Below are positions 9,540-18,687 of a DNA stretch of 64,000 nt, piece after piece. How positions within the stretch are numbered: position 1 is the first letter of the stretch; each line of letters opens with the position of its first letter. The stretch comes from Candidatus Bathyarchaeia archaeon (GTDB lineage: Archaea > Thermoproteota > Bathyarchaeia > Bathyarchaeales > Bathycorpusculaceae), in the NCBI GenBank assembly GCA_038882955.1, contig JAVZNC010000001.1, positions 256,001 to 320,000 on the forward strand, written 5' to 3'. The notes beneath the pieces are model-generated. The model was not told the origin of the DNA. It worked only from the letters and a program-made list of their open reading frames with translations, and did not search any database. Both the position numbers and the translations under genes were made by a program.

Positions 9540-11144
9540 TTGACTGAAAAAATATACGTCGTGTTTGAGATAGCACTGCTTGCTGCGATATTTTTAACAA
9601 ATATCGATTCGGTGACTTTTGCCAATCCTAAAACAAACACAAATACATGGATAGTAGCTAAAGACGGTACGGGAAATTTCAGCACAATTTACGAAGCTGT
9701 ATCAAATGACAACGTATCTACTGGTGATGTAATTTTTGTACGAACAGGATTATACGCTGAAAACCTAGTTATCAGCAAGAGCATATCTTTAATCGGAGAA
9801 GATCCAGACTCAACAATAATATGTGGTGATGGTGTCAAGAGTGTTATCCACATAAACGCTGACGATGTCAAAATCATAAACTTTACCATCACTGGAAGTG
9901 GTACACTGCTATCGCATAGCGCCATATATGTTAATAGTTCCAGTCGAATTACAATAAGCTACAATAAAATAACAGGTAACAACAATGGAATCAGTCTTTT
10001 TTCTTCGGTTGATGATCTGATTTTGGGTAACACTATTAAAAATAACAGTCTCTATGGTATTTTTTCCGCAGCTTTACGCAATAGTTCAATTATCAACAAC
10101 ACTATTATAAATAACGGAAAAGGCATCGTCTTTTATACATCAACAGACAATTACATTGTAAGCAACACTATTAAGAACAGTGCTTCAGAGGGAATTTATC
10201 TCTACACTTCTAGCGATAATGTTATTTACCATAATAATTTCCAGAATACGCAACAAGCGTGGAGTGATGCGCCAAATATTTGGGATTACGCTGGTGAGGG
10301 AAATTATTGGAGTAACTATAAAGGTTCAGACTTCTACAAAGGTTTATACCAGAATGAAACGGGTAGTGATGGTATAGGTGATGAACCATATATTATTGAT
10401 AAATACAATTATGATCACTTTCCGCTTATGGGTACATGTTTGCTTTACGATATTAACTTTGAAGCTGAAAATTATCAACTAATCTTAATCAGCAATTCAA
10501 CGATTTCGAATTTTAGTTTCAGAGTTAGCATGGAAACCGGAAACAAAGTGATAAGTTTTAATGTTGTTGGGGACGATGATAGCGTTGGTTTCTGTAGAGT
10601 CTCTATTCCGACACAGCTTATGAATTATACCATCATCATACTTGTGGACTATGAAGAAGTTGCTCCAGCATTATTGAGCTCCACAGAAACATATATGAAC
10701 ATCTATTTCGCCTATACTCAAAGCATTCATACCGTTACAATGATTTCTTCAAGAACTTTAGCTCTCTACAGCGCCCTTCTTGCTGAGCATATACAACTAC
10801 AAGAAAAATTTAGCAGCTTAAATGCATCTTATTATGAACTATTAAACAATACTTTGTCGCTGCTAACTCTTTACGACGCCCTTCTTGCTGAGCATATACA
10901 ACTACAAGAAAAATTTAGCAGCTTAAATGCATCTTATTATGAACTATTAAACAATACTTTGTCGCTGCTAAATGATTATCAACAGCTCAGGAATAACTAT
11001 ACAGAGTTATACAATTTTTACAGTGAACTTTTACGAAGACACAATGAGAATTCGCAGAATATCCAAGCTTTAGTATATGCTTTCATAACTGCGATAACAA
11101 TCTTTACGGCGGTCACCATTTATTTATCAAAACAACATGTGTAA
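9540..11144 (+). CDS. Secreted, membrane-anchored right-handed beta-helix (NosD/CASH/pectin-lyase-like) surface protein with coiled-coil stalk
   Basis: Signal peptide, VAKDGTGNFSTI, repeated I.NN.I.NN..GI turns, GNYWSNY and DGIGDEPY motifs, heptad stalk, C-terminal TM helix. Confidence 0.85.
   Translation: MTEKIYVVFEIALLAAIFLTNIDSVTFANPKTNTNTWIVAKDGTGNFSTIYEAVSNDNVSTGDVIFVRTGLYAENLVISKSISLIGEDPDSTIICGDGVKSVIHINADDVKIINFTITGSGTLLSHSAIYVNSSSRITISYNKITGNNNGISLFSSVDDLILGNTIKNNSLYGIFSAALRNSSIINNTIINNGKGIVFYTSTDNYIVSNTIKNSASEGIYLYTSSDNVIYHNNFQNTQQAWSDAPNIWDYAGEGNYWSNYKGSDFYKGLYQNETGSDGIGDEPYIIDKYNYDHFPLMGTCLLYDINFEAENYQLILISNSTISNFSFRVSMETGNKVISFNVVGDDDSVGFCRVSIPTQLMNYTIIILVDYEEVAPALLSSTETYMNIYFAYTQSIHTVTMISSRTLALYSALLAEHIQLQEKFSSLNASYYELLNNTLSLLTLYDALLAEHIQLQEKFSSLNASYYELLNNTLSLLNDYQQLRNNYTELYNFYSELLRRHNENSQNIQALVYAFITAITIFTAVTIYLSKQHV
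10772..10971 (+). repeat. Intragenic tandem duplication: 95-nt identical copies with a 105-nt period
   Basis: 10772-10866 = 10877-10971; encodes ALLAEHIQLQEKFSSLNASYYELLNNTLSLL twice. Confidence 0.95.
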
Positions 11145-11188
11145 TACGCTGAGAGAAATATAAAGTGCTTAAACGGTTGTGTTTCGAT

Positions 11189-11719
11189 CTATTTGATAAA
11201 TTCTCTTCCTTTTTTGTAAGCTTGTTTGCTTGTCTCTGCATCTTCTTTTTTGATGCAGTCTTCGATTGCTTTTTCAACGGCATGTTCGCTTACGATGCCA
11301 GTTGCTTCTATCAATACTCCAAGCATAATCATGTTTGCGTAAATCTTCGCTCTAAACAGTTTCTCCGCGCTTTCCGTTGCTGGCACCTTAATTATTTTTG
11401 CACGTGCTTGTGGAATCTCTTTTACAACGCTGCTGTCGACAATTAATATACCATTCTCCTTCAAGTCTGCCATATTCTTTTCAACTGCCTCTTGGCTCAT
11501 CGCTATCAGTATATCGCATTTTCTAACAAACGGGAAGCCTATTTTTTCGTCTGAGATTATTATTTCGCTTTTTGCTGCACTTCCTCTTGCTTCTGCGCCG
11601 TAGCTTTGTGTTTGCACTACGTTTTTTTCCTCGTAGGCGGCTGCCTTGCCGAGAATTTGGCCTGCAAGTACGACGCCTTGCCCGCCTAATCCGCATATTC
11701 TTATTTCAGTTTTCCCCAT
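11189..11719 (-). CDS. korC: 2-oxoacid:ferredoxin oxidoreductase gamma subunit
   Basis: GLGGQG, SYGAEARG, NMIMLG. Confidence 0.9.
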   Translation of the reverse strand: MGKTEIRICGLGGQGVVLAGQILGKAAAYEEKNVVQTQSYGAEARGSAAKSEIIISDEKIGFPFVRKCDILIAMSQEAVEKNMADLKENGILIVDSSVVKEIPQARAKIIKVPATESAEKLFRAKIYANMIMLGVLIEATGIVSEHAVEKAIEDCIKKEDAETSKQAYKKGREFIK

Positions 11720-12548
11720 GCTGCTTTGCCTCCTCTATTGTTTTGTAAATGTTTTCGACGAGTGTTGGCTTTTTCCGCTGGATGAATTCGCCGACGACTA
11801 TTTTCCCGTTCAGTTCTTCTTCGTTTAGTTTTTCTGCCTCTTCGATTGAAATTGCGTTTTCTTTGAACCATTTTAGCATTTGCGCAGCGTCTTTGAAGCC
11901 GACTCTTCTGCCGTAGGCTGTTGGGCATTGGCTTATGGCTTCGATGAATCTGAAGCCTTTGATGTTTACGGCTTTTTTTATTGACTCTTTTAGTTGGTTT
12001 GGGTGGGCTGTTGTCCAGCGTGCAACGTAACATGCGCCCGCCGTTACGGCGAGTCTTGCAGAGTCCAGCGGGCTTTCGAAGCTTCCATACGGGGTTGTTG
12101 TTGTTCTGGCTTTTAGCGGTGTTGTCGGCGCAACTTGTCCGCCTGTCATCCCGTAAATCATGTTGTTAACCATTATAACTAGGATATCCATGTTTCTTCT
12201 GGCTGCGTGGATAAAGTGGCTTAAGCCTATCCCGACTATGTCGCCATCTCCGCCGAAAACGACAACATTGAGGTCTGGGCGCATGAGTTTTATTCCAGTA
12301 GCCACTGGTATGCTTCTTCCATGCAGCGTGTGAATGGAGTCCGCTTCAAAGTATGGTGATGGAATCCATGATGAACAACCAATTCCACTGCAGAAAACAA
12401 ACTTATCCATGTTTTCGTAGCCAAGTTCATGTATCGCTCTCAGAAATTCGCTCATAACCGTGAATGCGCCACATCCAGCGCAAAATGGCAGCGAGAGCGG
12501 TCTCAAATATTTTTTAATGGAGAATTGTCCGCTCATTTTTGGATGCAC
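11706..12548 (-). CDS. korB: 2-oxoacid:ferredoxin oxidoreductase beta subunit
   Basis: CAGCG, GIGCS, HTLHGR, GDGD...NN TPP-binding motif, YGMTGGQ, CPT. Confidence 0.92.
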   Translation of the reverse strand: MHPKMSGQFSIKKYLRPLSLPFCAGCGAFTVMSEFLRAIHELGYENMDKFVFCSGIGCSSWIPSPYFEADSIHTLHGRSIPVATGIKLMRPDLNVVVFGGDGDIVGIGLSHFIHAARRNMDILVIMVNNMIYGMTGGQVAPTTPLKARTTTTPYGSFESPLDSARLAVTAGACYVARWTTAHPNQLKESIKKAVNIKGFRFIEAISQCPTAYGRRVGFKDAAQMLKWFKENAISIEEAEKLNEEELNGKIVVGEFIQRKKPTLVENIYKTIEEAKQHGEN

Positions 12549-13660
12549 TCCTTAATTTTTTCGAAAATTTCTTCCGGCGTTATTGGTTCTCCACCGCCAA
12601 TTTTGTTTAGAGCGACAACTTTAGCTGAACAACCCGCAACTCTTTGAACTTCATAGTATATTTGGCTCAAGTTCATTTCTGGGACTATTATTGTTTTTGC
12701 TTTTTGTGCTAGTTTTTTGACGGGTTCTTCTGGGAAGGGCCATACAGTCTTTAGGCGAACGTATCCAACTTTTATTCCTTCGGATTCTGCGCATTCAACA
12801 GCTTCGTAAATTGCCCGTGAGGTACATCCAAACGCAACTATGCCAACCTTGCAGTCGCCAATTTTGTAGGTTTCAACGTCTGCAATTTCTTCTGCGTGCA
12901 ATTTTATCTTGTTGTTAATTCGTTCCACAAGGCGCTTATGCACTTGCGGATCTGCTGTAAAGCGTATTCCGTACTCGTTATGTGTTGAACCCGTAACAGC
13001 CACGTGAAATCCTTCGCCGACGGATGGCATTGGCGGAACTTCTTCTAGACCGAAAAATGCCTTTTCGTCTGGTCTTGGTTTTCTGCGGTTAACAATTTTT
13101 ATTTTTTCTGGTGACGGCACTTTAACTTGCTCCCTCATGTGGGCGACGATTTCATCTGCTAAAAGTATGACTGGGGTGCGATATTTTTCGGCTAGGTTAA
13201 AAGCTTCTATCGTTAGCTCAAACATTTCTTGCACGGAGTTCGGCGACAACGCTATTGCCGAATAGTCGCCGTGCGTTCCCCATCTGGCTTGCATAATGTC
13301 GCCTTGCCCGCACTTTGTTGCTTGTCCCGTGCTTGGCCCAAGCCTTTGAACATCCACTATTACGCATGGAGTCTCTGTCATAAAAGCCCAGCCGATGGTT
13401 TCCTGCATGAGGTCGAAGCCTGGTCCAGAGGTTGCCGTCATTGCTTTTGTTCCTGTCCAGCTTGCGCCTACAACCGCGCCTATTGAGGCTATTTCATCTT
13501 CCATTTGAATGGCTATTCCGCCCACTTTTGGAAGCTTCTTCGTCATGTGTTCTGCGATTTCGCTTGCTGGTGTTATTGGGTATCCAGCGAAAAACCTGCA
13601 TCCAGCGATTATTGCGGCTTCAACGCATGCTTCGTTTCCCTGCCAGAAATTAATTTCCAT
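12533..13660 (-). CDS. korA: 2-oxoacid:ferredoxin oxidoreductase alpha subunit
   Basis: YPITP, QMEDE, TATSGPG, R.GPSTG, PEMN. Confidence 0.92.
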   Translation of the reverse strand: MEINFWQGNEACVEAAIIAGCRFFAGYPITPASEIAEHMTKKLPKVGGIAIQMEDEIASIGAVVGASWTGTKAMTATSGPGFDLMQETIGWAFMTETPCVIVDVQRLGPSTGQATKCGQGDIMQARWGTHGDYSAIALSPNSVQEMFELTIEAFNLAEKYRTPVILLADEIVAHMREQVKVPSPEKIKIVNRRKPRPDEKAFFGLEEVPPMPSVGEGFHVAVTGSTHNEYGIRFTADPQVHKRLVERINNKIKLHAEEIADVETYKIGDCKVGIVAFGCTSRAIYEAVECAESEGIKVGYVRLKTVWPFPEEPVKKLAQKAKTIIVPEMNLSQIYYEVQRVAGCSAKVVALNKIGGGEPITPEEIFEKIKECIQK

Positions 13661-13755
13661 GAGGGATTTTCTCCTTGCATATATGCGCTAGCGGTTTTCG
13701 TCCCTAAAAGGTTTTATCTTGTAGCTTATGGATAGTGTTTGAAAGGCGGTTGAGA

Positions 13756-15174
13756 ATGTTGGAGGATATGGCTGATTATGCCTTGAAGTATGCTGTGGAT
13801 AAAGGTGTTGAGTATGCAGAAGTGAGGGCTCAAAGGCAAGCTGAAGAGACGTTGATGTTGCGCAGCGGCATTTTGGAGGCTTATGTGTGGACTGTTGATA
13901 GTGGCTTTTGTGTTCGCGTGATAGCTGATGGTGGCATTGGGTTTACATCAACGAACAAGTGGACGAGGGACGAGGCAAGGGAGATGGTTGATTTGGCGAT
14001 TAAACATGCAAGAGCCGCAAGAAGAAGCGAAAAGATAGTTTTTGCAAAGGAGAAAAGTGTTGAAACGAAGTGGAGCGTTGAACAGAAACAGAAATTGGAG
14101 AACATTTCTCCAGAAGAAAAAATAGCGATGTTTGCTGAAGTCAACAAAGCCTTAACTTCTTGCGGCGTCAACATTGCTGCGACAATGTTCTCATGCACCG
14201 TGAACCTAATATCAAAGTATTATGTGAACTCCGAAGGTTCAAAAATAAGCTCCTTCAAACCGAGGATAGGCGCATACTCCTTCATCACCGTAATGGAGGA
14301 AGGAAAAACCGAGCAAGCATACCAGCAGTTTGGCTATAGCGGCGGATGGGAAGCCTTCAAGGAGTGGAAAATGGAAGAGAAAGCTATTCACGACGCGAAA
14401 GTTCTCAGAGAGGTTATAACAAAAGGTAAAGCCGTAAAGCCAGGCGTAATGGATTTGATTTGCGGTCCAAACGTTGCTGGAATAGCCGCTCATGAATCTT
14501 GTGGACACCCTATGGAAGCTGATAGAATTCTTGGGCGCGAAATGAGCCAGGCTGGAAGGTCCTTCATTTATAAAGGCGGACCGTACTGGATTGGCACCAG
14601 AATTGGGAGCAAAGTGGTCACAATAGTTGATGACCCGACCATAGAACACAGTTATGGCTATTATGCTTATGATGATGAAGGCGTGAAGGCTAGAAGACGC
14701 TACTTATACAAGGAAGGCGTGATCAACGAGTTTCTGCACAACCGCGAAAGCGCTGCAAAACTTGGAACTAGAAGCAATGGCTCTTCAAGGTCAATTAACT
14801 ATGATAGGGAAGCAATAGTGCGCATGGCAAACACCTTCGTTCTTCCAGGCGATTACACAGAAGAAGAGCTCATCGAGGATGTGAAATACGGCGTTTATAT
14901 GAAATCCTTCACGGAATGGAACATAGATGACAAACGCTTTAACCAGCGCTATGTGGGCAGAGAAGCCTACCTAATAGAAAATGGCGAAATAAAACATCCA
15001 TTGGCGAGACCAGTCATAGAAACAACAACTGAGAAGTTCTGGAAGGCTGTGGACGCTGTTTCAAAAAACGTGGAGTTTGAAGCAGCAACATGCGGCAAGG
15101 GAGACCCACCGCAGGGCGTTCCAGTGTTCACTGGTGGTCCACATATTAGGCTTAGGGGGGTGTACGTAAAATGA
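13756..15174 (+). CDS. tldD: TldD-family metalloprotease
   Basis: HESCGH metal motif, YDDEG, RMANT, C-terminal CGKG. Confidence 0.9.
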   Translation: MLEDMADYALKYAVDKGVEYAEVRAQRQAEETLMLRSGILEAYVWTVDSGFCVRVIADGGIGFTSTNKWTRDEAREMVDLAIKHARAARRSEKIVFAKEKSVETKWSVEQKQKLENISPEEKIAMFAEVNKALTSCGVNIAATMFSCTVNLISKYYVNSEGSKISSFKPRIGAYSFITVMEEGKTEQAYQQFGYSGGWEAFKEWKMEEKAIHDAKVLREVITKGKAVKPGVMDLICGPNVAGIAAHESCGHPMEADRILGREMSQAGRSFIYKGGPYWIGTRIGSKVVTIVDDPTIEHSYGYYAYDDEGVKARRRYLYKEGVINEFLHNRESAAKLGTRSNGSSRSINYDREAIVRMANTFVLPGDYTEEELIEDVKYGVYMKSFTEWNIDDKRFNQRYVGREAYLIENGEIKHPLARPVIETTTEKFWKAVDAVSKNVEFEAATCGKGDPPQGVPVFTGGPHIRLRGVYVK

Positions 15175-16496
15175 GCGAAGTGCTTAACAAAACAGAGGAA
15201 ATTGTTAAGAAGGCAAAGGCGCTTGGCGCAGACGAAGTTTTGGCAAAAACAACCTTTGGAAGGTATAGGCAGATACGCTTCAGCAACAATCAAGTGGATA
15301 TTTCCGTCGCTTGGAATGATTATGTTACTGATGTGGCTTTGGCTTGGAAGAAAAGGGTTGTGGTAACGAAAATCTACAACTTTGCGGATGTCGATGGCAC
15401 TGTTAGGAGGCTTATGGATTTAGCCAAAATTTCACAGGAAAACCCAGCTTTCGGCGGTTTCGTCAAGGGCAAATTCAAATATGCCAAAAGCAAGGCTGAC
15501 GAGAAACTGCGTGAACTTGAAAATCCGACTGATTACGTTTTTGAAGCTATAAACGCAGCGGAAAAGGAGGCAGGCTCAAAAGTTGAGAGCGGGGGAATAC
15601 TCTTCACAAAATTCGAGGACGTCTACCTCGCGTCTTCGGAGGGACCAGTGGGCGTTGACAGTTGCTCAGCAATTGAACTCTCAATTAGGGCTTTCTCGGA
15701 GAGAGAAGCCTCTGGACATGGAGTAGAATGCAGCTCCATGCTGAAGAATTTTAAGCCTGAAAGGGCTGGACGGAAAGCAGGTGAGATTGCACGTTTAGCT
15801 AAGGGTCCAAAAGTTGGTGAGGAAGGTGTTTACGACGTTGTTTTTGACCCTTTGATTATGGGTTCGCTGCTTGCCACGTGGGCTTCTATGGCTTCAGCCT
15901 TCATGGTTATGGTAAGACTATCAGCATTCGTCGACAAACTTGGGCAGAGGGTAGCGCCTGAAATCATGACTTTGAAGGACAACGCAGCGCAGTATTCTTT
16001 GGCTAACCGCGCTTTTGACGATGAAGGCGCACCTACAAGGGAAAACGTGATTATTGACCATGGAATTCTCAAAACCTACTTGCATAACAATTCAACAGCA
16101 AAAATGTTTAAGACTGAAACCACTGGAAATGCGGGTTTGGTAATTCCAACAGCGTGGAATGTTGAAATGGAGCCTGGCGATGCGGAAAGAGAAGAGCTGT
16201 TTAAGGAAGTGAAGCGTGGATTGTATTTGACTAATACTTGGTATACGCGTTTCCAGAACTATGCGAAAGGCGATTTTTCAACAATTCCAAGAGACGGCAT
16301 ATTCCTAATCGAAAAAGGCGAAATCAAACAGTCTTTGAAGGACATACGCGTAAGCGACAACGTATTAAACTTGCTAAATAATATTGCGATGATTTCGAAA
16401 GAACGCCAGCACGTGCATTGGTGGGGAGAAGCAGACCCACCTTCACTTGCGCCGTATGTACTAATAAAAAACGTGCACATAACAAAATCAAGATAG
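15171..16496 (+). CDS. pmbA: PmbA/TldE-family protein
   Basis: FDDEG, TGNAG, GDFS; lacks HExxH; overlaps tldD stop (ATGA). Confidence 0.85.
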   Translation: MSEVLNKTEEIVKKAKALGADEVLAKTTFGRYRQIRFSNNQVDISVAWNDYVTDVALAWKKRVVVTKIYNFADVDGTVRRLMDLAKISQENPAFGGFVKGKFKYAKSKADEKLRELENPTDYVFEAINAAEKEAGSKVESGGILFTKFEDVYLASSEGPVGVDSCSAIELSIRAFSEREASGHGVECSSMLKNFKPERAGRKAGEIARLAKGPKVGEEGVYDVVFDPLIMGSLLATWASMASAFMVMVRLSAFVDKLGQRVAPEIMTLKDNAAQYSLANRAFDDEGAPTRENVIIDHGILKTYLHNNSTAKMFKTETTGNAGLVIPTAWNVEMEPGDAEREELFKEVKRGLYLTNTWYTRFQNYAKGDFSTIPRDGIFLIEKGEIKQSLKDIRVSDNVLNLLNNIAMISKERQHVHWWGEADPPSLAPYVLIKNVHITKSR

Positions 16497-16589
16497 AACA
16501 GCATCAACCCCCACTTTCTTTTTTACAACATAAAACACAAAATTTATGCCAATCACAAAACTATTCTAAAAACGCGGTTATGCAATTGT

Positions 16590-16666
16590 GCGGTCGTAGT
16601 CTAGCCTGGCTAGGACATCGGCCCCCCGCGCCGACGACCCGGGTTCAAATCCCGGCGACCGCACCA
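16590..16666 (+). tRNA. tRNA-Gly (CCC), CCA encoded
   Basis: GCGGTCG/CGACCGC acceptor stem, GTCT/GGAC D-stem, TCGGC/GCCGA anticodon stem with loop CCCCCGC, CCGGG-TTCAAAT-CCCGG T-arm, ACCA end. Confidence 0.93.
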
Positions 16667-16712
16667 ACAGTTAAGTACGCCTCAGCATGCGCTGTCATCA
16701 AACAACCGATTC

Positions 16713-17623
16713 CTACTCCAAGTATGCTTCTTCTATAATTGGTTTAATGCTGTTCCGTATCCAGTTTACTTGTTCGCAAGCTTGTTCAAGCATCCACTTG
16801 TCGACTCTGTTTAAGTAGACATACGCATTTAAGAAGTCTGTGCTAACTTCCTCTGGATAATTTTGAAGTTTATCGTAAAGCCTCTCCACAAGGAGAAAGG
16901 CTATTTCTGTCTTGTTTTCACTAAACAATCTGCTCAAGGAGTTTGTGAAATTTAAGAGGTCCAAGAATAATCCATCAATTGTCGTGTAGTATTCTTTGTT
17001 TTCTGGATCGATTTTCATCAGTTCCAGCAGGAAAACGTGACCTCGCCCAGCATGATAAAAGATGTGTCTGTAGCTAATATCTAGTATGCTGATGTTGGAG
17101 TATTCGCTCCTGAGAATCCAGAACACTAGCGGTGGTTCCCATCCTAGTGAAGTATGCATCCCCGATAAGCCAGACAGGGAACTGCTGACTTGTTCTGCAA
17201 ATCGGTATCTTGTGTCAAGGAATGTGGAGTAAAGTTGAGTGTTCAACGATTGGAAGTATATCGCGGCAACGATTGAAATAATAAGAATGGCAAGCATGAA
17301 AATGAAGAGCGGTTTAGGATGAATTCTTCTCAAAGCTTTTCTCATCGGTAAAACTGTTTTTTCTGGTCCTTCCACTTTCAACATTAGTGAGATCGCAGCA
17401 CGACCAAAATCTGAAAGAGAATATTTTGCATTTTCCTTTTTAACAAGCTCCTTAAGCTGTCGAGATGATAGCTGAGAGTGGAGCTGTCAACGCCAACTTC
17501 CTCAAATATTTCAGTGAATGTTTTTGGGTTCTCTGATAACAGACGCAAGATTTTCCTCCTTATCGGATGCTTCAAAGATGAGAAAATTAGCGAATATGTT
17601 TCTTCTTCATCTGACAAGTTCAC
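16713..17623 (-). pseudogene. Frameshifted ArsR-type wHTH regulator with TM helix and C-terminal domain (ORFs 17384-17623 and 16713-17384)
   Basis: LKHPIRRKIL...LSYHL HTH; the wing KENAKYSLSDFGRAAISLM continues in the frame of the downstream ORF; a 1-nt shift near 17437-17455 joins them. Confidence 0.7.
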
Positions 17624-17757
17624 ATCCCATAGAAGAGTGACGCAAGCACGCTAAAATGACTTTTTCTAAACAACCGTTTAGTAAAGAAAAGTAAAGAAGG
17701 ATCCGCTGACATTCTGGTTATGTAAACGCCTAATTTAGCTCGACTCTTGAATTTTTG

Positions 17758-18369
17758 TTAGCGGGCTAGTGTTGCTATTGCTGTTATTGTGAATGGCGCC
17801 ATTAGCGTCAATGCGAACCCACTTGAGAACGCTGTTATTAGCGTGTCTTGTCCGCAGTAACGCACTATCACTGGTAGCGTTGTGTCCATGGCTGTGGCGC
17901 CGCCCATGGCTACTGGCGCGTACTTGTCAATCTTGCTTGTAAACGAAATCGTAAGTATTGTAACTATTTCTCTTAGGAAGTTTACTGTGAAGCCCAGAGC
18001 AGCCCATTCGATGCCAAAAAGCTGCCCGGCAAGCGGTCCAGTCAAAGTGTACCAGCCGTAGCCAGCGCAGACGCCCATGGAAGCAACCAGGTCCAGTTTT
18101 AGGATTAATCCGCCTACAAGTCCGCCTAATATGCTGCCTAATGCTATCGCAAATGGGAAAATGAGAACTTTTATTCCCGTCTTTTTTAGGTTAGCCACTG
18201 CTTTTTTGTCTGCGCCGAAGAGTAAGCCCATAAAGAAAAGCAGTGCGATTAGAGATATGGTAAATAAGTGTTCAGAGAATATTACGGTGACTGCTGTCAT
18301 TTCGAGGTTGTTGCTTACGTAGCCAGCAGCCACGCCGAACACAAGCGCCAATAAAATGTATTTTATCAT
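17758..18369 (-). CDS. LysO/YbjE (DUF340) family exporter, large part
   Basis: GYGWYTL, NFLRE, GGATAMDTTLP motifs. Confidence 0.88.
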   Translation of the reverse strand: MIKYILLALVFGVAAGYVSNNLEMTAVTVIFSEHLFTISLIALLFFMGLLFGADKKAVANLKKTGIKVLIFPFAIALGSILGGLVGGLILKLDLVASMGVCAGYGWYTLTGPLAGQLFGIEWAALGFTVNFLREIVTILTISFTSKIDKYAPVAMGGATAMDTTLPVIVRYCGQDTLITAFSSGFALTLMAPFTITAIATLAR

Positions 18370-18644
18370 ATTTTCATCAGCTTTCTTGCCACTTTAGCGA
18401 ATATTATACTGAAAAGTAGCGTTGTGGATAATAGCACTATGGCGCTTAATCCCACATGTGGCATTACCGCCAACAAATCGTTATTTGAGCCTATAGTGAA
18501 ACCTAGCGAGAATACCAGCACAAGTATTGTTCCAGAAACTACTTTATTTAGGTTTAGAATTTTCTTATTGCGTAAAAAGTAGCCTAGGACTATTCCAGCC
18601 ACCAGCGGGATGATGAGCCTAACGACGTCTAATGGATTTGGCAT
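18366..18644 (-). CDS. LysO/DUF340 family small membrane protein
   Basis: Three TM helices, LVFSLGFTIG; overlaps partner gene start. Confidence 0.75.
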   Translation of the reverse strand: MPNPLDVVRLIIPLVAGIVLGYFLRNKKILNLNKVVSGTILVLVFSLGFTIGSNNDLLAVMPHVGLSAIVLLSTTLLFSIIFAKVARKLMKI

Positions 18645-18687
18645 TCTTGAGCACCAACACGCTATGTGGAGTAAGTTAGCTTATTGT

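Noticed and set aside
17384-17460. ArsR frameshift as a second BHB intron
   Set aside because: No inserted sequence or hairpin; a single missing base explains it
17758-18644. Two-part LysO as a broken gene
   Set aside because: Clean ATGA overlap; two-gene DUF340 arrangements are common
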